A DNA stretch of 32,000 bases from Nostoc punctiforme PCC 73102 (lineage in GTDB: Bacteria; Cyanobacteriota; Cyanobacteriia; Cyanobacteriales; Nostocaceae): assembly GCF_000020025.1 (NCBI RefSeq), contig NC_010628.1, forward strand, positions 4,890,001 through 4,922,000. The letters are read 5' to 3'. The notes under the pieces are model-generated. The model was not told the DNA's origin and did not search any database. It worked only from the letters and a program-made list of their open reading frames with translations. Below are positions 1-9,769 of this stretch, one piece after another. Both the position numbers and the translations under genes were made by a program. Every line of letters begins with the position of its first letter. Position 1 is the first letter of the stretch.

Positions 1-3000
1 AATTTGTCCATCAAAGCCACTGTCACCATATTGAGAAGCGATCGCTCCCGCTAATCTTGTACCCACTGTTCTGTCAGTATTGACAATAGGGTAAGTTTTT
101 TTGACAGAGGACTGATCCCTAATGGCAGCCTGAATGTCGGGATCGGCAAGGAACTTGTCATCCAAAACCACGCCGTTGCTGTGGACTTCTTCATGCAATA
201 ACCAGCTACGATTATCTCTGGTATCTGGCAGCTTAAGTAAACAATCAAGATTTAGCGATCGCGTTTTGGTAAGTTTTGCCTCTGGGCGCAGTTTCAACAA
301 ATCTGCACGTCCAATGATTTCTGACAAAGAACGGTAGCCAAGTCGTGCTAACAAACTACGCACTTCTTCGGCGATGAAGTAGAAGAAGTTGACAACCTGT
401 TCCGGTATTCCGGTAAACCGCTTGCGGAGTTCTTCTTTCTGGGAAGCGACACCCACGGGGCAATTATTCGTGTGGCAGATACGCGCCATAATACAGCCTT
501 CAGCAATCATGGCGATGGAGCCGAAACCAAATTCTTCAGCACCCATCAATGCACCTATTACCACATCCCAACCACTCTTAAGTCCGCCATCTACACGTAA
601 AATCACGCGATCGCGCAAACTATTTTCCATCAAAACCCGATGCACTTCACTTAAACCCAATTCCCACGGCGAACCAGCGTGTTTAATCGAACTAAGCGGC
701 GATGCACCTGTACCACCATCATGTCCAGAAACCTGAATGATATCAGCGTTTGCCTTAGCCACACCAGCCGCGATCGTACCAATGCCAACTTCTGAAACTA
801 GCTTCACCGACACCTTTGCTTTGGGATTAATTTGGTGCAGATCGAAAATCAGTTGTGCTAGGTCTTCAATTGAATAGATATCATGATGTGGTGGCGGCGA
901 AATCAGTGTCACACCTGGCTTCGAGCGCCTTAACATCGCAATATATTGGCTCACCTTTGGCCCTGGAAGTTGTCCACCTTCTCCAGGCTTGGCACCTTGA
1001 GCAATTTTAATTTCAATTTGTTTGGCGTTGACTAGGTACTCTGGCGTGACACCAAAGCGTCCTGACGCAACTTGCTTAATGGCACTAAAGGCTTTATCGC
1101 CATTCCGCAATCCTTTTAAATGAGGTAGGGTTGGCGAGTTACCAGACTCGTCTACATCATCTAGAACTTTATAGCGCACTGGGTCTTCGCCACCTTCCCC
1201 AGAGTTAGATTTACCACCGATGCGATTCATGGCGATCGCTAAAGTTTCATGGGCTTCTCTTGACAAAGCGCCTAAAGACATGCCACCGGTACAGAAACGT
1301 TTGACAATCTCAGCTACCGACTCTACTTCTTCTATAGAAATTGGGGTACGCTCGCCTTGGAAATCTAGCAGGTCTCGCAATGCCGTTACTGGTCTGCCTT
1401 GGAGGTGTTTTTTGTAAACTTCGTAGTGGTCATAGTTTTTGCCATCTAGAGCTTTATGCAGCGCCTTGACCATTTCGGGGCTATTCATGTGGTACTCGCC
1501 GCCAGGACGATACTGTACAAACCCCAGGTTTTCTAACTTCTTGGTCGTTAGTTCTGGGAAAGCCTTGACATGGAAGGAAAGTACTTCATCAGCGAGTTCG
1601 CTAACACTCAAACCACCAATGCGGGAAGTCGTACCACGAAATCCTAGTTCGATTAAATCTTTACCGATGCCAATAGCTTCAAAGATTTGGGCTGCTTGAT
1701 AGCTGGAGAGCAGAGAAATTCCCATCTTGGAGAGAATTTTGAGCAAACCTGACTCTACTGCTTTGCGATAGTTTCCTAAAGCTTGTTCTACGGTAAGGGT
1801 GGGAATTTTTTGCACCCCCATTAACTTTTGGGTTCTGGGATCAATGCACCAATCACGCACCGTATCCAAAGCCATATACGGGCAGACTGCACCAGCACCA
1901 TAGCCAATAAGACAAGCAAAGTGATGAGTACTCCAGCATTGGGCAGTATTGACAATCAGGGATGTTTTCATCCGCAACCCTTCCCGAATCAGGTGATGAT
2001 GTACAGCACCGACTGCTAACAGGGGAGGGATGTAGGTATATTCTGTGGTAATACCGTCATTTTCCTTATCGCTTAATATTAAAATCTTTGCACCTGCCCG
2101 GACTGATTCAGCTGCTTGTGCTTGTAAAGATTCGACTGCGGCTTTCAATCCTTCAGGGCCGTTGGCGATCGCAAATAGGGTTGACAACTCGGCTGTGGCA
2201 AATCCCGACAGCTTAATCGCCTCTAATTCACCATCCGTTAATACTGGCGATTCAAGTTTCAATCTCCGAGCATATTCTGGCTTGGGTTCTAATAAGTTAC
2301 CTCGTTCACCCAATTCGACTTTCAAAGACATCACCAGCTTTTCCCGCAGGGGATCAATTGCCGGGTTCGTCACCTGAGCAAAGCGCTGTTTGAAGTAGTC
2401 ATAAAGCAGGTGAGACTTTGTTGACAGCACTGCTAAAGGAATATCATCCCCCATACAGAAAGTCGGTTCTGAACCTGCGATCGCCATTGGTTGAATCACC
2501 ATTTCAACATCTTCTGTGGTGTAGCCAAAGGCGGTTTGAAGTTGAAGCAAGGTTTGCTTGTCAATAGTCAATTGTCCTGAGTCATTTGTCATTTGTCCTT
2601 TGCCATTGCCATTTACTAATGACGGATGACTAATGACTAATGACTTTAATTCTTGACGATACTGTTGCAGCCATTCTCCATAAGGGTGCTGCTTGGCAAT
2701 GCGCTGCTTAATCTCCCAATTCTTCAGCACTTCATGGTTGACTAAATCCACGGCAATCATTTGCCCAGGGCCGAGTCTACCTTTCTCGACAATATCGGCT
2801 TCTGGAAAGTCCACTACACCAGCTTCGGAAGCTACAACAATGTAGTCATCTTTGGTGATTAGGTAACGAGCTGGTCTTAAGCCATTACGATCTAACGTTG
2901 CACCAACTTTTTTGCCATCGCTGAATACTAAAAGTGCTGGCCCGTCCCATGCTTCTTGCAAACCACTGTAATATTCGTAGAAATCAACAATTTCTGGAGA

Positions 3001-4029
3001 TTCATGCAAAGAAGGCTGATTTTGGTAAGCTTCTGGAACCATAATCATTAAAGCTTCCAAGGGAGTACGTCCAGAACACACCAGTAATTCCAGTACGTTA
3101 TCTAGGGTAGCTGAGTCGCTGTTATCAATATGAACTAATGGTTTGAGTTCCTTAATGCGATCGCCCCATACAGGATGATTCAGGCTAGCTTCTCGTGCCA
3201 TCATCCAGTTGATGTTACCCAATAAGGTATTAATTTCGCCGTTGTGACCCAAAAGCCGCATCGGTTGAGCTAGTGGCCACTTGGGCATCGTGTTGGTACT
3301 AAAGCGGCGATGATAGACAGCAAAGGCGCTTTTGTAAACCGGATTTTTTAAATCTTGATAAAATTCTCCCAATACGGCAGAACGTACCATGCCTTTGTAG
3401 ACAATTGTCCGGCTTGACAAAGAGCAGATATAAAATTCTTCTGAGATATTGGTTGCAACTTTACTAATTCGGCGGCGGGTAATGTACAACTGTCGTTCCA
3501 ATTCATCGCTGCTTTTGTCAACAGAAGCTAACAAAACTTGTTCAATCTGGGGTTGATTTTCTCTTGCTTGTACACCCAATAAATCAGATTGCACTGGCAC
3601 TACTCGCCAACCCAGTACAATTAATTTTTCTTCAGTAGCTACTTGCTCAACTGCCGCCCTAGCTTTTTGTGCTGCTTCCTGGTCTTGTGGGAGAAATATC
3701 ATCCCCACAGCTATATTATTGGTGGATGGAAATTCCTTCCCTCTTTGGGCAAAGTCTTGTTGGAACAAATCCCAAGGGATAGCTGTCAATACTCCAGCCC
3801 CATCACCAGAGTCTCGATCGGCGCTACAACCTCCCCGATGTTCTAAGCAGGTTAGAGCAGCTAAGGCTTTTTCGACAATTTCGTGGCTGGTATGATTTTG
3901 ACGATGAGCAATAAAACCGACACCACAGGCATCTCGTTCTTCTACTAACCACTTTTGCCCCTGATAGGTATCTCTTGAGTTGATATTTGCTGTGATTTTC
4001 TGCTCTTGATTCATCGGTTGATTATTCAT
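1..4029 (-). CDS. glsF: Ferredoxin-dependent glutamate synthase (Fd-GOGAT), N-terminal ~1343 codons; the 3' end runs off the left edge of the window
   Basis: Missing from the ORF track because it has no stop inside the window. My minus-strand translation from the ATG at 4029 reads [80 protein letters not shown] (Ntn-amidotransferase Cys-Gly-Val-Gly start). It continues through ...[16 protein letters not shown]... and ...[27 protein letters not shown]... and is still open at base 1 (...[20 protein letters not shown]). An alternative start is the ATG at 4014. The + strand ORFs listed between 134 and 3846 are antisense shadows. Confidence 0.95.
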   Translation of the reverse strand, partial: MNNQPMNQEQKITANINSRDTYQGQKWLVEERDACGVGFIAHRQNHTSHEIVEKALAALTCLEHRGGCSADRDSGDGAGVLTAIPWDLFQQDFAQRGKEFPSTNNIAVGMIFLPQDQEAAQKARAAVEQVATEEKLIVLGWRVVPVQSDLLGVQARENQPQIEQVLLASVDKSSDELERQLYITRRRISKVATNISEEFYICSLSSRTIVYKGMVRSAVLGEFYQDLKNPVYKSAFAVYHRRFSTNTMPKWPLAQPMRLLGHNGEINTLLGNINWMMAREASLNHPVWGDRIKELKPLVHIDNSDSATLDNVLELLVCSGRTPLEALMIMVPEAYQNQPSLHESPEIVDFYEYYSGLQEAWDGPALLVFSDGKKVGATLDRNGLRPARYLITKDDYIVVASEAGVVDFPEADIVEKGRLGPGQMIAVDLVNHEVLKNWEIKQRIAKQHPYGEWLQQYRQELKSLVISHPSLVNGNGKGQMTNDSGQLTIDKQTLLQLQTAFGYTTEDVEMVIQPMAIAGSEPTFCMGDDIPLAVLSTKSHLLYDYFKQRFAQVTNPAIDPLREKLVMSLKVELGERGNLLEPKPEYARRLKLESPVLTDGELEAIKLSGFATAELSTLFAIANGPEGLKAAVESLQAQAAESVRAGAKILILSDKENDGITTEYTYIPPLLAVGAVHHHLIREGLRMKTSLIVNTAQCWSTHHFACLIGYGAGAVCPYMALDTVRDWCIDPRTQKLMGVQKIPTLTVEQALGNYRKAVESGLLKILSKMGISLLSSYQAAQIFEAIGIGKDLIELGFRGTTSRIGGLSVSELADEVLSFHVKAFPELTTKKLENLGFVQYRPGGEYHMNSPEMVKALHKALDGKNYDHYEVYKKHLQGRPVTALRDLLDFQGERTPISIEEVESVAEIVKRFCTGGMSLGALSREAHETLAIAMNRIGGKSNSGEGGEDPVRYKVLDDVDESGNSPTLPHLKGLRNGDKAFSAIKQVASGRFGVTPEYLVNAKQIEIKIAQGAKPGEGGQLPGPKVSQYIAMLRRSKPGVTLISPPPHHDIYSIEDLAQLIFDLHQINPKAKVSVKLVSEVGIGTIAAGVAKANADIIQVSGHDGGTGASPLSSIKHAGSPWELGLSEVHRVLMENSLRDRVILRVDGGLKSGWDVVIGALMGAEEFGFGSIAMIAEGCIMARICHTNNCPVGVASQKEELRKRFTGIPEQVVNFFYFIAEEVRSLLARLGYRSLSEIIGRADLLKLRPEAKLTKTRSLNLDCLLKLPDTRDNRSWLLHEEVHSNGVVLDDKFLADPDIQAAIRDQSSVKKTYPIVNTDRTVGTRLAGAIASQYGDSGFDGQI
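2581..2644. repeat. Heptamer-repeat / small dispersed repeat element embedded in frame in glsF
   Basis: The + strand reads gtcatttgtcatttgtcctttgccattgccatttactaatgacggatgactaatgactaatgac, i.e. TCATTTG units followed by ACTAATG units, and the two halves are imperfect reverse complements. Its reverse complement shares the ordered blocks GTCATTAGTCATT / GTCATTAG / GCAAAGGACAAATGACA with the intergenic copy at 13601-13651. Confidence 0.8.
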
Positions 4030-4783
4030 ACCCTGTTCCTGAAGTATTGAGTTACCAATTTTGCCACTACTTACGGGAAAAATTTCTAAATTCCACGATG
4101 GAGAAATATATAAGCACCGAAATTTAGGGAAAAAAAATTTTAACTTCGGTTTTACTTTCTTCGTTTACCCGTGTTAAAATAGTTGCGTATTTTTTATGTA
4201 TTTATGCGGTGTCAGACAATTTACCTCCGCCAAGACATGATTATTGTCCTGACAGTTTCTTTTTTATATTCTGAAGCTAAGTATTTTTTCAATTCCCTTT
4301 TTCCAGATGCACGGTAGCTATCTACAGAGCCTATTTCGGCTCACCTGAAATCAAACTCAATGCTGTCTTATGTTTTAAAGCAAAACTCATCCCGATCCGG
4401 CAATAAAATCAGCGTATTACAATATATACCCATTTGACAATTCCCAAATATTGTTGTTGTCTGGAGTTTTGCTGCTTACCAGTTGCTACATATTACTATT
4501 AACTAGACCTCACTGAAGTAGCAACGTTCAGTCAGGATTGACTATCTTAATCCAGTTTTGATAACCAAGACTACCGTGTATAGTGTGGTTAGGATTAGTG
4601 CCAGTTAAAACACTTCTTTGCAGTGGCTTTAGCATCTAAATTTATTCTTGTCTTAAAAAGACAATTATCCAACATATATATTAGCATCTTTTTTAATAAA
4701 TAAAGTCATGTTTTTTTAATATTTTCAAATAATTAGTTAGTTTATACCTTGGGGTGATAGTTTTCAAAAGTACCTAGTAAATT

Positions 4784-6808
4784 ATGGTAAAAATGCCGAG
4801 TTGTTACCAATCAGGGATTAGCGAACGCAGATTCTTCCGGGTTACTGTGTCACCAATACTTTTAACATTACTGTGTTTAACGACTACTGGTGCTACCAAC
4901 GCCCAAGAGTTGCCAAAAAACAGCAAACTACTGATCTCCCAGTTATCTGCACCTCCTTTAAAAGGGATGGTATCCTCTGGGAATCAAATTTCCCTCAATG
5001 GTCGTACTTTACCAGGAACTTGGTTACAACAATCTGGAAAAGCTGGTCAGGTGACAACTCACATCAGTGATGGGCCATTCAGGCAATTAATTGGAGTAAC
5101 TTTCTTAAACAGTAATAGTTCAGCGAAGCAACCAATACAGTGGTTTTCGACGGCGACAACGCCACTGGTGTTAGCCACCAGGCTAGTAGGAGCATATCGC
5201 TATCTGGATATCACTAATTTTGCTCAAGCATCTGGATGGCAAATCCAAACCAATGGCAACATTTTGGTGATTGTTACTCCAAAGGCACAAATTACGAATA
5301 TTGTTCAGAGCCAGGAACCTCCAGAGGCAAGTGCCCCTTTGCAACAAACTCGCATACTTGTAAATTTAGATCGGCCGACTCCCTGGCAAGTTGCACAAGG
5401 ATCAGCGATCGCAAAACCGCAAACTCCATCTTCCGATCCAGACACACCTACCCCAAAACCCACTACACCGCCAAATCGAGAGTGGACAATTACCCTGGAT
5501 GGAATAGCCGATCCAGTTTTGATAGAACGCTATACTCCCCAGCCACCAGCAGCAGCACCAACATTGCTACCAAACCTGCTCAAACAATTATTACCAGTTA
5601 CACCAACACAACCAATACCACCAGCCCCTGAACCACTTATTCGACAAGTGCAGGTGGTGAAAAACCAAACGATTATTAGTCTGAGCGTTCCCTTTGGTCT
5701 ATCGCCTCAAGTTAAGACTGTCGCTAACCCCAATCGCCTGATTATCAATATTCGACCCGATCCTCTAGAAGAACGAGATATTACTTGGGCCCCAGGATTA
5801 CGCTGGCGACAGCATTATGTCAACTTAGGCACAGAACGTTTTCCGGTGGTTTGGTTAGAAGTTAATCCCCGTAAATTTGGGCTAACGTTAAAACCTATGT
5901 GGGCTAGTCCTGATGGCCTTGGGGGTACTGCTCCCTTAATTCAAACAGCACAACGTTACTTAGCAGTAGCTGGAATTAACGGTGGTTATTTTAACCGCAA
6001 TAATAGATTACCATTGGGTGCGATTCGTCGGGATAGTCAGTGGTTATCAGGCCCCATTCTTAACCGGGGTGCGATCGCTTGGAATGATTCAGGCCAATTT
6101 TACTTCGGTCGTCTCACCTTAGAAGAAACTTTAATTACTGCAAATAACCAGCGCTTGCCAATTTTGTTTCTTAATAGTGGCTACGTCCAGAGTGGCATTG
6201 CCCGTTACACCCCTGTTTGGGGAGCAACTTACACACCCTTAACGGATAACGAAATTATCCTAGTGGTACAAAAAGACCAAATTACTCAGCAGCTACCAGG
6301 CGGCAAAGTTGGTGGGACGACCGTTCCCATTCCCCCCGATGGCTATCTCCTAGCTTTACGCGCTAACGCTACCAGTGCTGCTTCACAGTTACCGATTGGA
6401 AGCGCAGTAAGTGTTTCCAGCAGCACTACTCCCAGTGATTTTAGTCGTTATCCCCACATTATCGGAGCCGGTCCGCTATTAATCCAAAATCGGCAAATTG
6501 TCCTCGATGCCAAAGCCGAGAAATTCAGCAATGCCTTTATTGCAGAAAAGGCTATTCGTAGCGGTATTTGCACAACGGCAACAGGCACACTGATGATTGC
6601 TGCCGTCCATAATCGTGCCGGCGGTTATGGTCCTACATTGGCAGAACATGCCCAATTAATGCAACAGATGGGCTGTGTGGATGCCTTAAATCTGGACGGC
6701 GGTAGTTCTACCAGCCTTTACTTAGGAGGGCAACTACTTGACCGTTCGCCTAGTACTGCTGCTCGTGTTCATAATGGAATTGGTATTTTCCTGAAACCAC
6801 GTTCATGA
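4784..6808 (+). CDS. Secreted phosphodiester glycosidase family protein (DUF2233/NAGPA-like C-terminal domain) with a Pro/Thr-rich linker
   Basis: 674-aa ORF. It has a hydrophobic signal-like N-terminus (VSPILLTLLCLTTTGATNAQ) and a low-complexity P/T-rich segment (PQTPSSDPDTPTPKPTTPP ... QPPAAAPTLLPNLL...PTQPIPPAPEP). The C-terminal region carries AGINGGYFN ... ALNLDGGSSTSLY, which I recognise as typical of the phosphodiester glycosidase (DUF2233) family. The start could be the ATG at 4784 or at 4793. Confidence 0.7.
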   Translation: MVKMPSCYQSGISERRFFRVTVSPILLTLLCLTTTGATNAQELPKNSKLLISQLSAPPLKGMVSSGNQISLNGRTLPGTWLQQSGKAGQVTTHISDGPFRQLIGVTFLNSNSSAKQPIQWFSTATTPLVLATRLVGAYRYLDITNFAQASGWQIQTNGNILVIVTPKAQITNIVQSQEPPEASAPLQQTRILVNLDRPTPWQVAQGSAIAKPQTPSSDPDTPTPKPTTPPNREWTITLDGIADPVLIERYTPQPPAAAPTLLPNLLKQLLPVTPTQPIPPAPEPLIRQVQVVKNQTIISLSVPFGLSPQVKTVANPNRLIINIRPDPLEERDITWAPGLRWRQHYVNLGTERFPVVWLEVNPRKFGLTLKPMWASPDGLGGTAPLIQTAQRYLAVAGINGGYFNRNNRLPLGAIRRDSQWLSGPILNRGAIAWNDSGQFYFGRLTLEETLITANNQRLPILFLNSGYVQSGIARYTPVWGATYTPLTDNEIILVVQKDQITQQLPGGKVGGTTVPIPPDGYLLALRANATSAASQLPIGSAVSVSSSTTPSDFSRYPHIIGAGPLLIQNRQIVLDAKAEKFSNAFIAEKAIRSGICTTATGTLMIAAVHNRAGGYGPTLAEHAQLMQQMGCVDALNLDGGSSTSLYLGGQLLDRSPSTAARVHNGIGIFLKPRS

Positions 6809-6836
6809 GGGAGTAGGGAGTAGGGGCAAGGGAGAA
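6809..6836 (+). repeat. Tandem heptamer array (GGGAGTA GGGAGTA GGGGCAA GGGAGAA)
   Basis: Four 7-nt units read directly from the sequence. The array starts at the base after the TGA stop (6806-6808) of the preceding gene. A partly complementary ccccactcc lies ~45 nt downstream. Confidence 0.8.
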
Positions 6837-7098
6837 GAGTTTTGTCCTCAGCAAGAACAGCACCCCACTCCTCTGCGTCTTTTCAATTCCCAATGCCCCA
6901 TCTTTTTTAAAGATTAGAACAAGCTGCCGCTTTGCTTGATGAAGACTTAGTGTAAACCTAAGAGTTTTAATAGTGATGGTTTACACCATCAGGTTCGATT
7001 TTGTTATGTTTATCAAGGTGCGACAAAATTGCTGATTTTCTACGTTGCAACATAGCGCCAGATTTTTTATCAATAGTTAAGAGTACAGACGGTTTGTT

Positions 7099-7539
7099 AT
7101 GTCTTCAAATGAGGTAATTATGGCTCGATATCAAGAAACTACACAGACTGACACTCTACACCTACCTTCAACTATCACTTCCAGAGGCGTTGCTGCAACT
7201 GAGTTACGTCCTTGGGGTGCTTTTACAGTTTTGGAAGAAGGGCGCGGATACAAAATCAAGCGCATCGAAGTTAAGCCCGGACACCGCCTTAGTTTACAAA
7301 TGCATCACCACCGCAGCGAACACTGGATTGTAGTCTCAGGGACAGCTAGGGTAACTTGTGGCGAGAAAGAAGTATTACTGAGCAATAATGAGTCAACATA
7401 CGTACCCCAATGTACATCTCATCGTTTAGAAAATCCTGGCGTGATTCCCTTGGTGTTAATTGAAGTGCAAAATGGCGAATACTTAGGAGAGGATGACATT
7501 ATCCGCTACCAAGATGACTATGCTCGTACTAAGGATTAA
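7099..7539 (+). CDS. Cupin-domain protein, mannose-6-phosphate isomerase type II C-terminal-domain-like
   Basis: 146-aa ORF with RPWGAFTVLEEGRGYKIKRIEVKPGHRLSLQMHHHRSEHWIVVSGTA...ENPG...LIEVQNGEYLGEDDIIRYQDDY. This shows the cupin motifs G(X)5HxH and the PMI type II C-terminal pattern. The start may be the ATG at 7120. Confidence 0.7.
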   Translation: MSSNEVIMARYQETTQTDTLHLPSTITSRGVAATELRPWGAFTVLEEGRGYKIKRIEVKPGHRLSLQMHHHRSEHWIVVSGTARVTCGEKEVLLSNNESTYVPQCTSHRLENPGVIPLVLIEVQNGEYLGEDDIIRYQDDYARTKD

Positions 7540-7604
7540 AGCTCTAATCTAAAAACTGAATACATTTTTGTGCCAATCATCTTTGCGAACCACTGCACCC
7601 CAGA

Positions 7605-7645
7605 AGTCCCTACCTAGTTAAGGTGGGGACTGAAGTTTGTTGTGC
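7605..7645 (+). terminator. Candidate intrinsic terminator downstream of the cupin gene
   Basis: A 10-bp stem pairs agtccctacc (7605-7614) with ggtggggact (7622-7631), including one G-U pair, around a 7-nt loop. A moderately U-rich tail follows (gaagtttgttgtg). Confidence 0.4.
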
Positions 7646-7767
7646 TATAAATGTAGTAATAGCTATCGCGCTCATGGCTTCGATAATTTAGAATTTTTGA
7701 GAAGCAAGAGTTAACCCATCTGTCTGTAAAATGAAGATGGGGTATTCAATTGCAAAAAACGAGTTCC

Positions 7768-8097
7768 ATGATTCATCTGAGTCAAGCAGCCGCGAGTGAA
7801 ATTGGGCGAATAAAGTCCAAGCAGCAGCCAAATATCTTGTTTCGATTGGCAGTAAAACCAGGTGGCTGTTCTGGGTTATTTTATGATATGTCCTTCGATG
7901 AAACAATAAAAGTTGGCGACCAGGTTTTCAACTTGGATGAGATTCAAATAGTCATAGATGCTACAAGCTTAAATTACCTCAACGGTTTGAGGGTAGATTA
8001 TTCAGAAGACTTAATGGGTGGTGGTTTTCGCTTCCACAATCCCCAAGCGATCGCAACCTGTGGCTGTGGCAATTCTTTTTTGACAAGCAATCAATAG
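7768..8097 (+). CDS. HesB/IscA-family iron-sulfur cluster insertion protein
   Basis: The product reads MIHLSQAAASEIGRIK...LAVKPGGCSGLFYDMSFDE...DYSEDLMGGGFRFHNPQAIATCGCGNSF, with the C-x(n)-CGCG signature of IscA/HesB. I prefer the ATG at 7768 over the TTG at 7750 used by the ORF track. Confidence 0.85.
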   Translation: MIHLSQAAASEIGRIKSKQQPNILFRLAVKPGGCSGLFYDMSFDETIKVGDQVFNLDEIQIVIDATSLNYLNGLRVDYSEDLMGGGFRFHNPQAIATCGCGNSFLTSNQ

Positions 8098-8143
8098 TCC
8101 TTAAATTAGCGATCGTTTGCTAATAAAAAAGGAAAAATTACAA

Positions 8144-8173
8144 TTGACATAAAACACTAAAAAACGATATAAT
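8144..8173 (+). promoter_or_regulatory. Candidate sigma70-type promoter of the str operon
   Basis: Consensus TTGACA (8144-8149), an 18-nt spacer, then consensus TATAAT (8168-8173), ~50 nt upstream of the rpsL ATG. Confidence 0.45.
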
Positions 8174-8223
8174 CAGGATTTGTTAAAACTTAGACATATA
8201 AGCAGCTTTACGCGCTGTAACTC

Positions 8224-8607
8224 ATGCCAACAATACAGCAGCTAATACGTAATGAGCGCGAACAAGCGCGTCAGAAAACAAAGTCCCCGGCTCTGAAACA
8301 ATGCCCTCAACGTCGGGGAGTTTGTACCAGAGTATACACGACCACGCCCAAGAAGCCTAACTCAGCTCTACGGAAAGTAGCAAGAGTCAGACTTACCTCT
8401 GGATTTGAAGTCACAGCTTACATTCCAGGCATTGGTCACAACTTACAAGAACACTCAGTTGTGATGATTCGTGGCGGTCGGGTTAAGGATCTACCAGGCG
8501 TGAGATACCACATTATCCGTGGCACCCTAGATACAGCCGGAGTCAAAGACCGTAAACAAGGGCGTTCCAAGTATGGAACCAAGCGTCCGAAAGAAGCGAA
8601 AAAATAG
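8224..8607 (+). CDS. rpsL: 30S ribosomal protein S12
   Basis: [13 protein letters not shown]...[74 protein letters not shown] is an unmistakable S12 sequence, and the gene is first in the str operon order. Confidence 0.98.
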   Translation: MPTIQQLIRNEREQARQKTKSPALKQCPQRRGVCTRVYTTTPKKPNSALRKVARVRLTSGFEVTAYIPGIGHNLQEHSVVMIRGGRVKDLPGVRYHIIRGTLDTAGVKDRKQGRSKYGTKRPKEAKK

Positions 8608-9160
8608 GATTAGGCGATTAATCGCACCCAACACGGTTAATCGTTTATCTTACGAAGCGCCCAAGGACAAAAAACTATCAGGGTCTGTGTTCTAAGAGCA
8701 GTCATGAAGGCTGCTCAAGTCTGTTAAAAAAAAATCAAGCAAGCTACACCTACACTAAGCGAGCAAGTGTAGAAGTTCTGAGGAGAATGCTGTAACCCAC
8801 AGCAGAATTCTAATCTGGACATTAAGGTTTAGAATCTTGTCACCTTAAGTATTTAGTTGCAGGTAGCAAGTCAATGAATTTTAGATTTTAGACTGCGACT
8901 ACGCTCAGTCGAGCGATTTGCAATTTTGGATTGGTCGAACCCACAAGGGGATGAGGCTTACAGACTTTTGATTTTTTCCAATCCTTGTGGTCGGAACGTC
9001 TACCAAAAACTCTAATCCAAAATTGGCAGTCCATAGGTCAGTCTTGCTGCAACAGTCGAAAACAAAATTGAAAAAGTCTGAGGGTTGGGTTCCACAGCTT
9101 TTAGTTTACGGTGTCTGATAGCATATAATTTCGTTGCCAATTCCGAATTAAAGGTGAAGT

Positions 9161-9631
9161 ATGTCTCGTCGTGGTGTTATTCAAAGGCGCCCAGTTCCGT
9201 CTGACTCTGTATATAACAGTCGCCTTGTGAGCATGATTATCAGGCGGATCATGCGTCATGGCAAGAAATCACTTGCCGCACGAATTGTTTATGAAGCATT
9301 GAAAACTATTGAGGAACGCACTGGAAATGGTGCTTTAGAAACCTTTGAAAGAGCAGTGCGAAATGCCACACCTTTAGTAGAGGTGAAAGCTAGACGAGTA
9401 GGTGGAGCAACCTATCAAGTACCAATGGAAGTGCGTTCAGAACGGGGCACTACCTTAGCACTGCGTTGGTTAGTGCAATATTCCCGGTCTAGACCAGGCC
9501 GGACAATGGCAAGCAAATTGGCAAATGAGTTAATGGATGCTGCTAACGAAACTGGCAATGCAATTCGGAAACGCGAAGAAACGCACCGGATGGCGGAAGC
9601 TAACAAAGCATTTGCCCACTATCGTTATTAA
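9161..9631 (+). CDS. rpsG: 30S ribosomal protein S7
   Basis: [47 protein letters not shown]...[19 protein letters not shown]...[10 protein letters not shown] is an S7 sequence in the expected operon position. Confidence 0.98.
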   Translation: MSRRGVIQRRPVPSDSVYNSRLVSMIIRRIMRHGKKSLAARIVYEALKTIEERTGNGALETFERAVRNATPLVEVKARRVGGATYQVPMEVRSERGTTLALRWLVQYSRSRPGRTMASKLANELMDAANETGNAIRKREETHRMAEANKAFAHYRY

Positions 9632-9769
9632 GTAGAAAAGCGATATATCGCCTTGCCGAAGCGGTATATCGTAGATTTACAAAAAGAAGACGGTTTTCCG
9701 TAAAAGTATAGAATCTTAACAAAGAGTAATATACAAGATATCATGAGGCAAAAACTATAGGAGGTAGCT

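Noticed and set aside
134-3846. Eight + strand ORFs of 63-115 aa listed in the track (134..337, 389..736, 1220..1417, 1439..1699, 1828..2019, 2045..2377, 3643..3846) and the minus-strand ORF 51..248
   Set aside because: All lie inside the continuous minus-strand glsF reading frame, either antisense or out of frame. Their low-complexity, Ser/Arg/Pro-rich translations carry no recognisable motifs, so they are shadow ORFs.
4414-4429. NtcA-like site GTAttacaatataTAC upstream of glsF
   Set aside because: The spacing is N10, not the canonical GTA-N8-TAC. GTA-N6-TAC at about 4314-4325 has the wrong spacing as well. No properly spaced -10 element was identified.
8928-8948. tRNA T-arm-like string ggattggtcgaacccacaagg in the rpsL-rpsG spacer
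   Set aside because: No acceptor stem, D-arm or anticodon arm can be built around it, and it lacks the GTTCGAATC-type T-loop.
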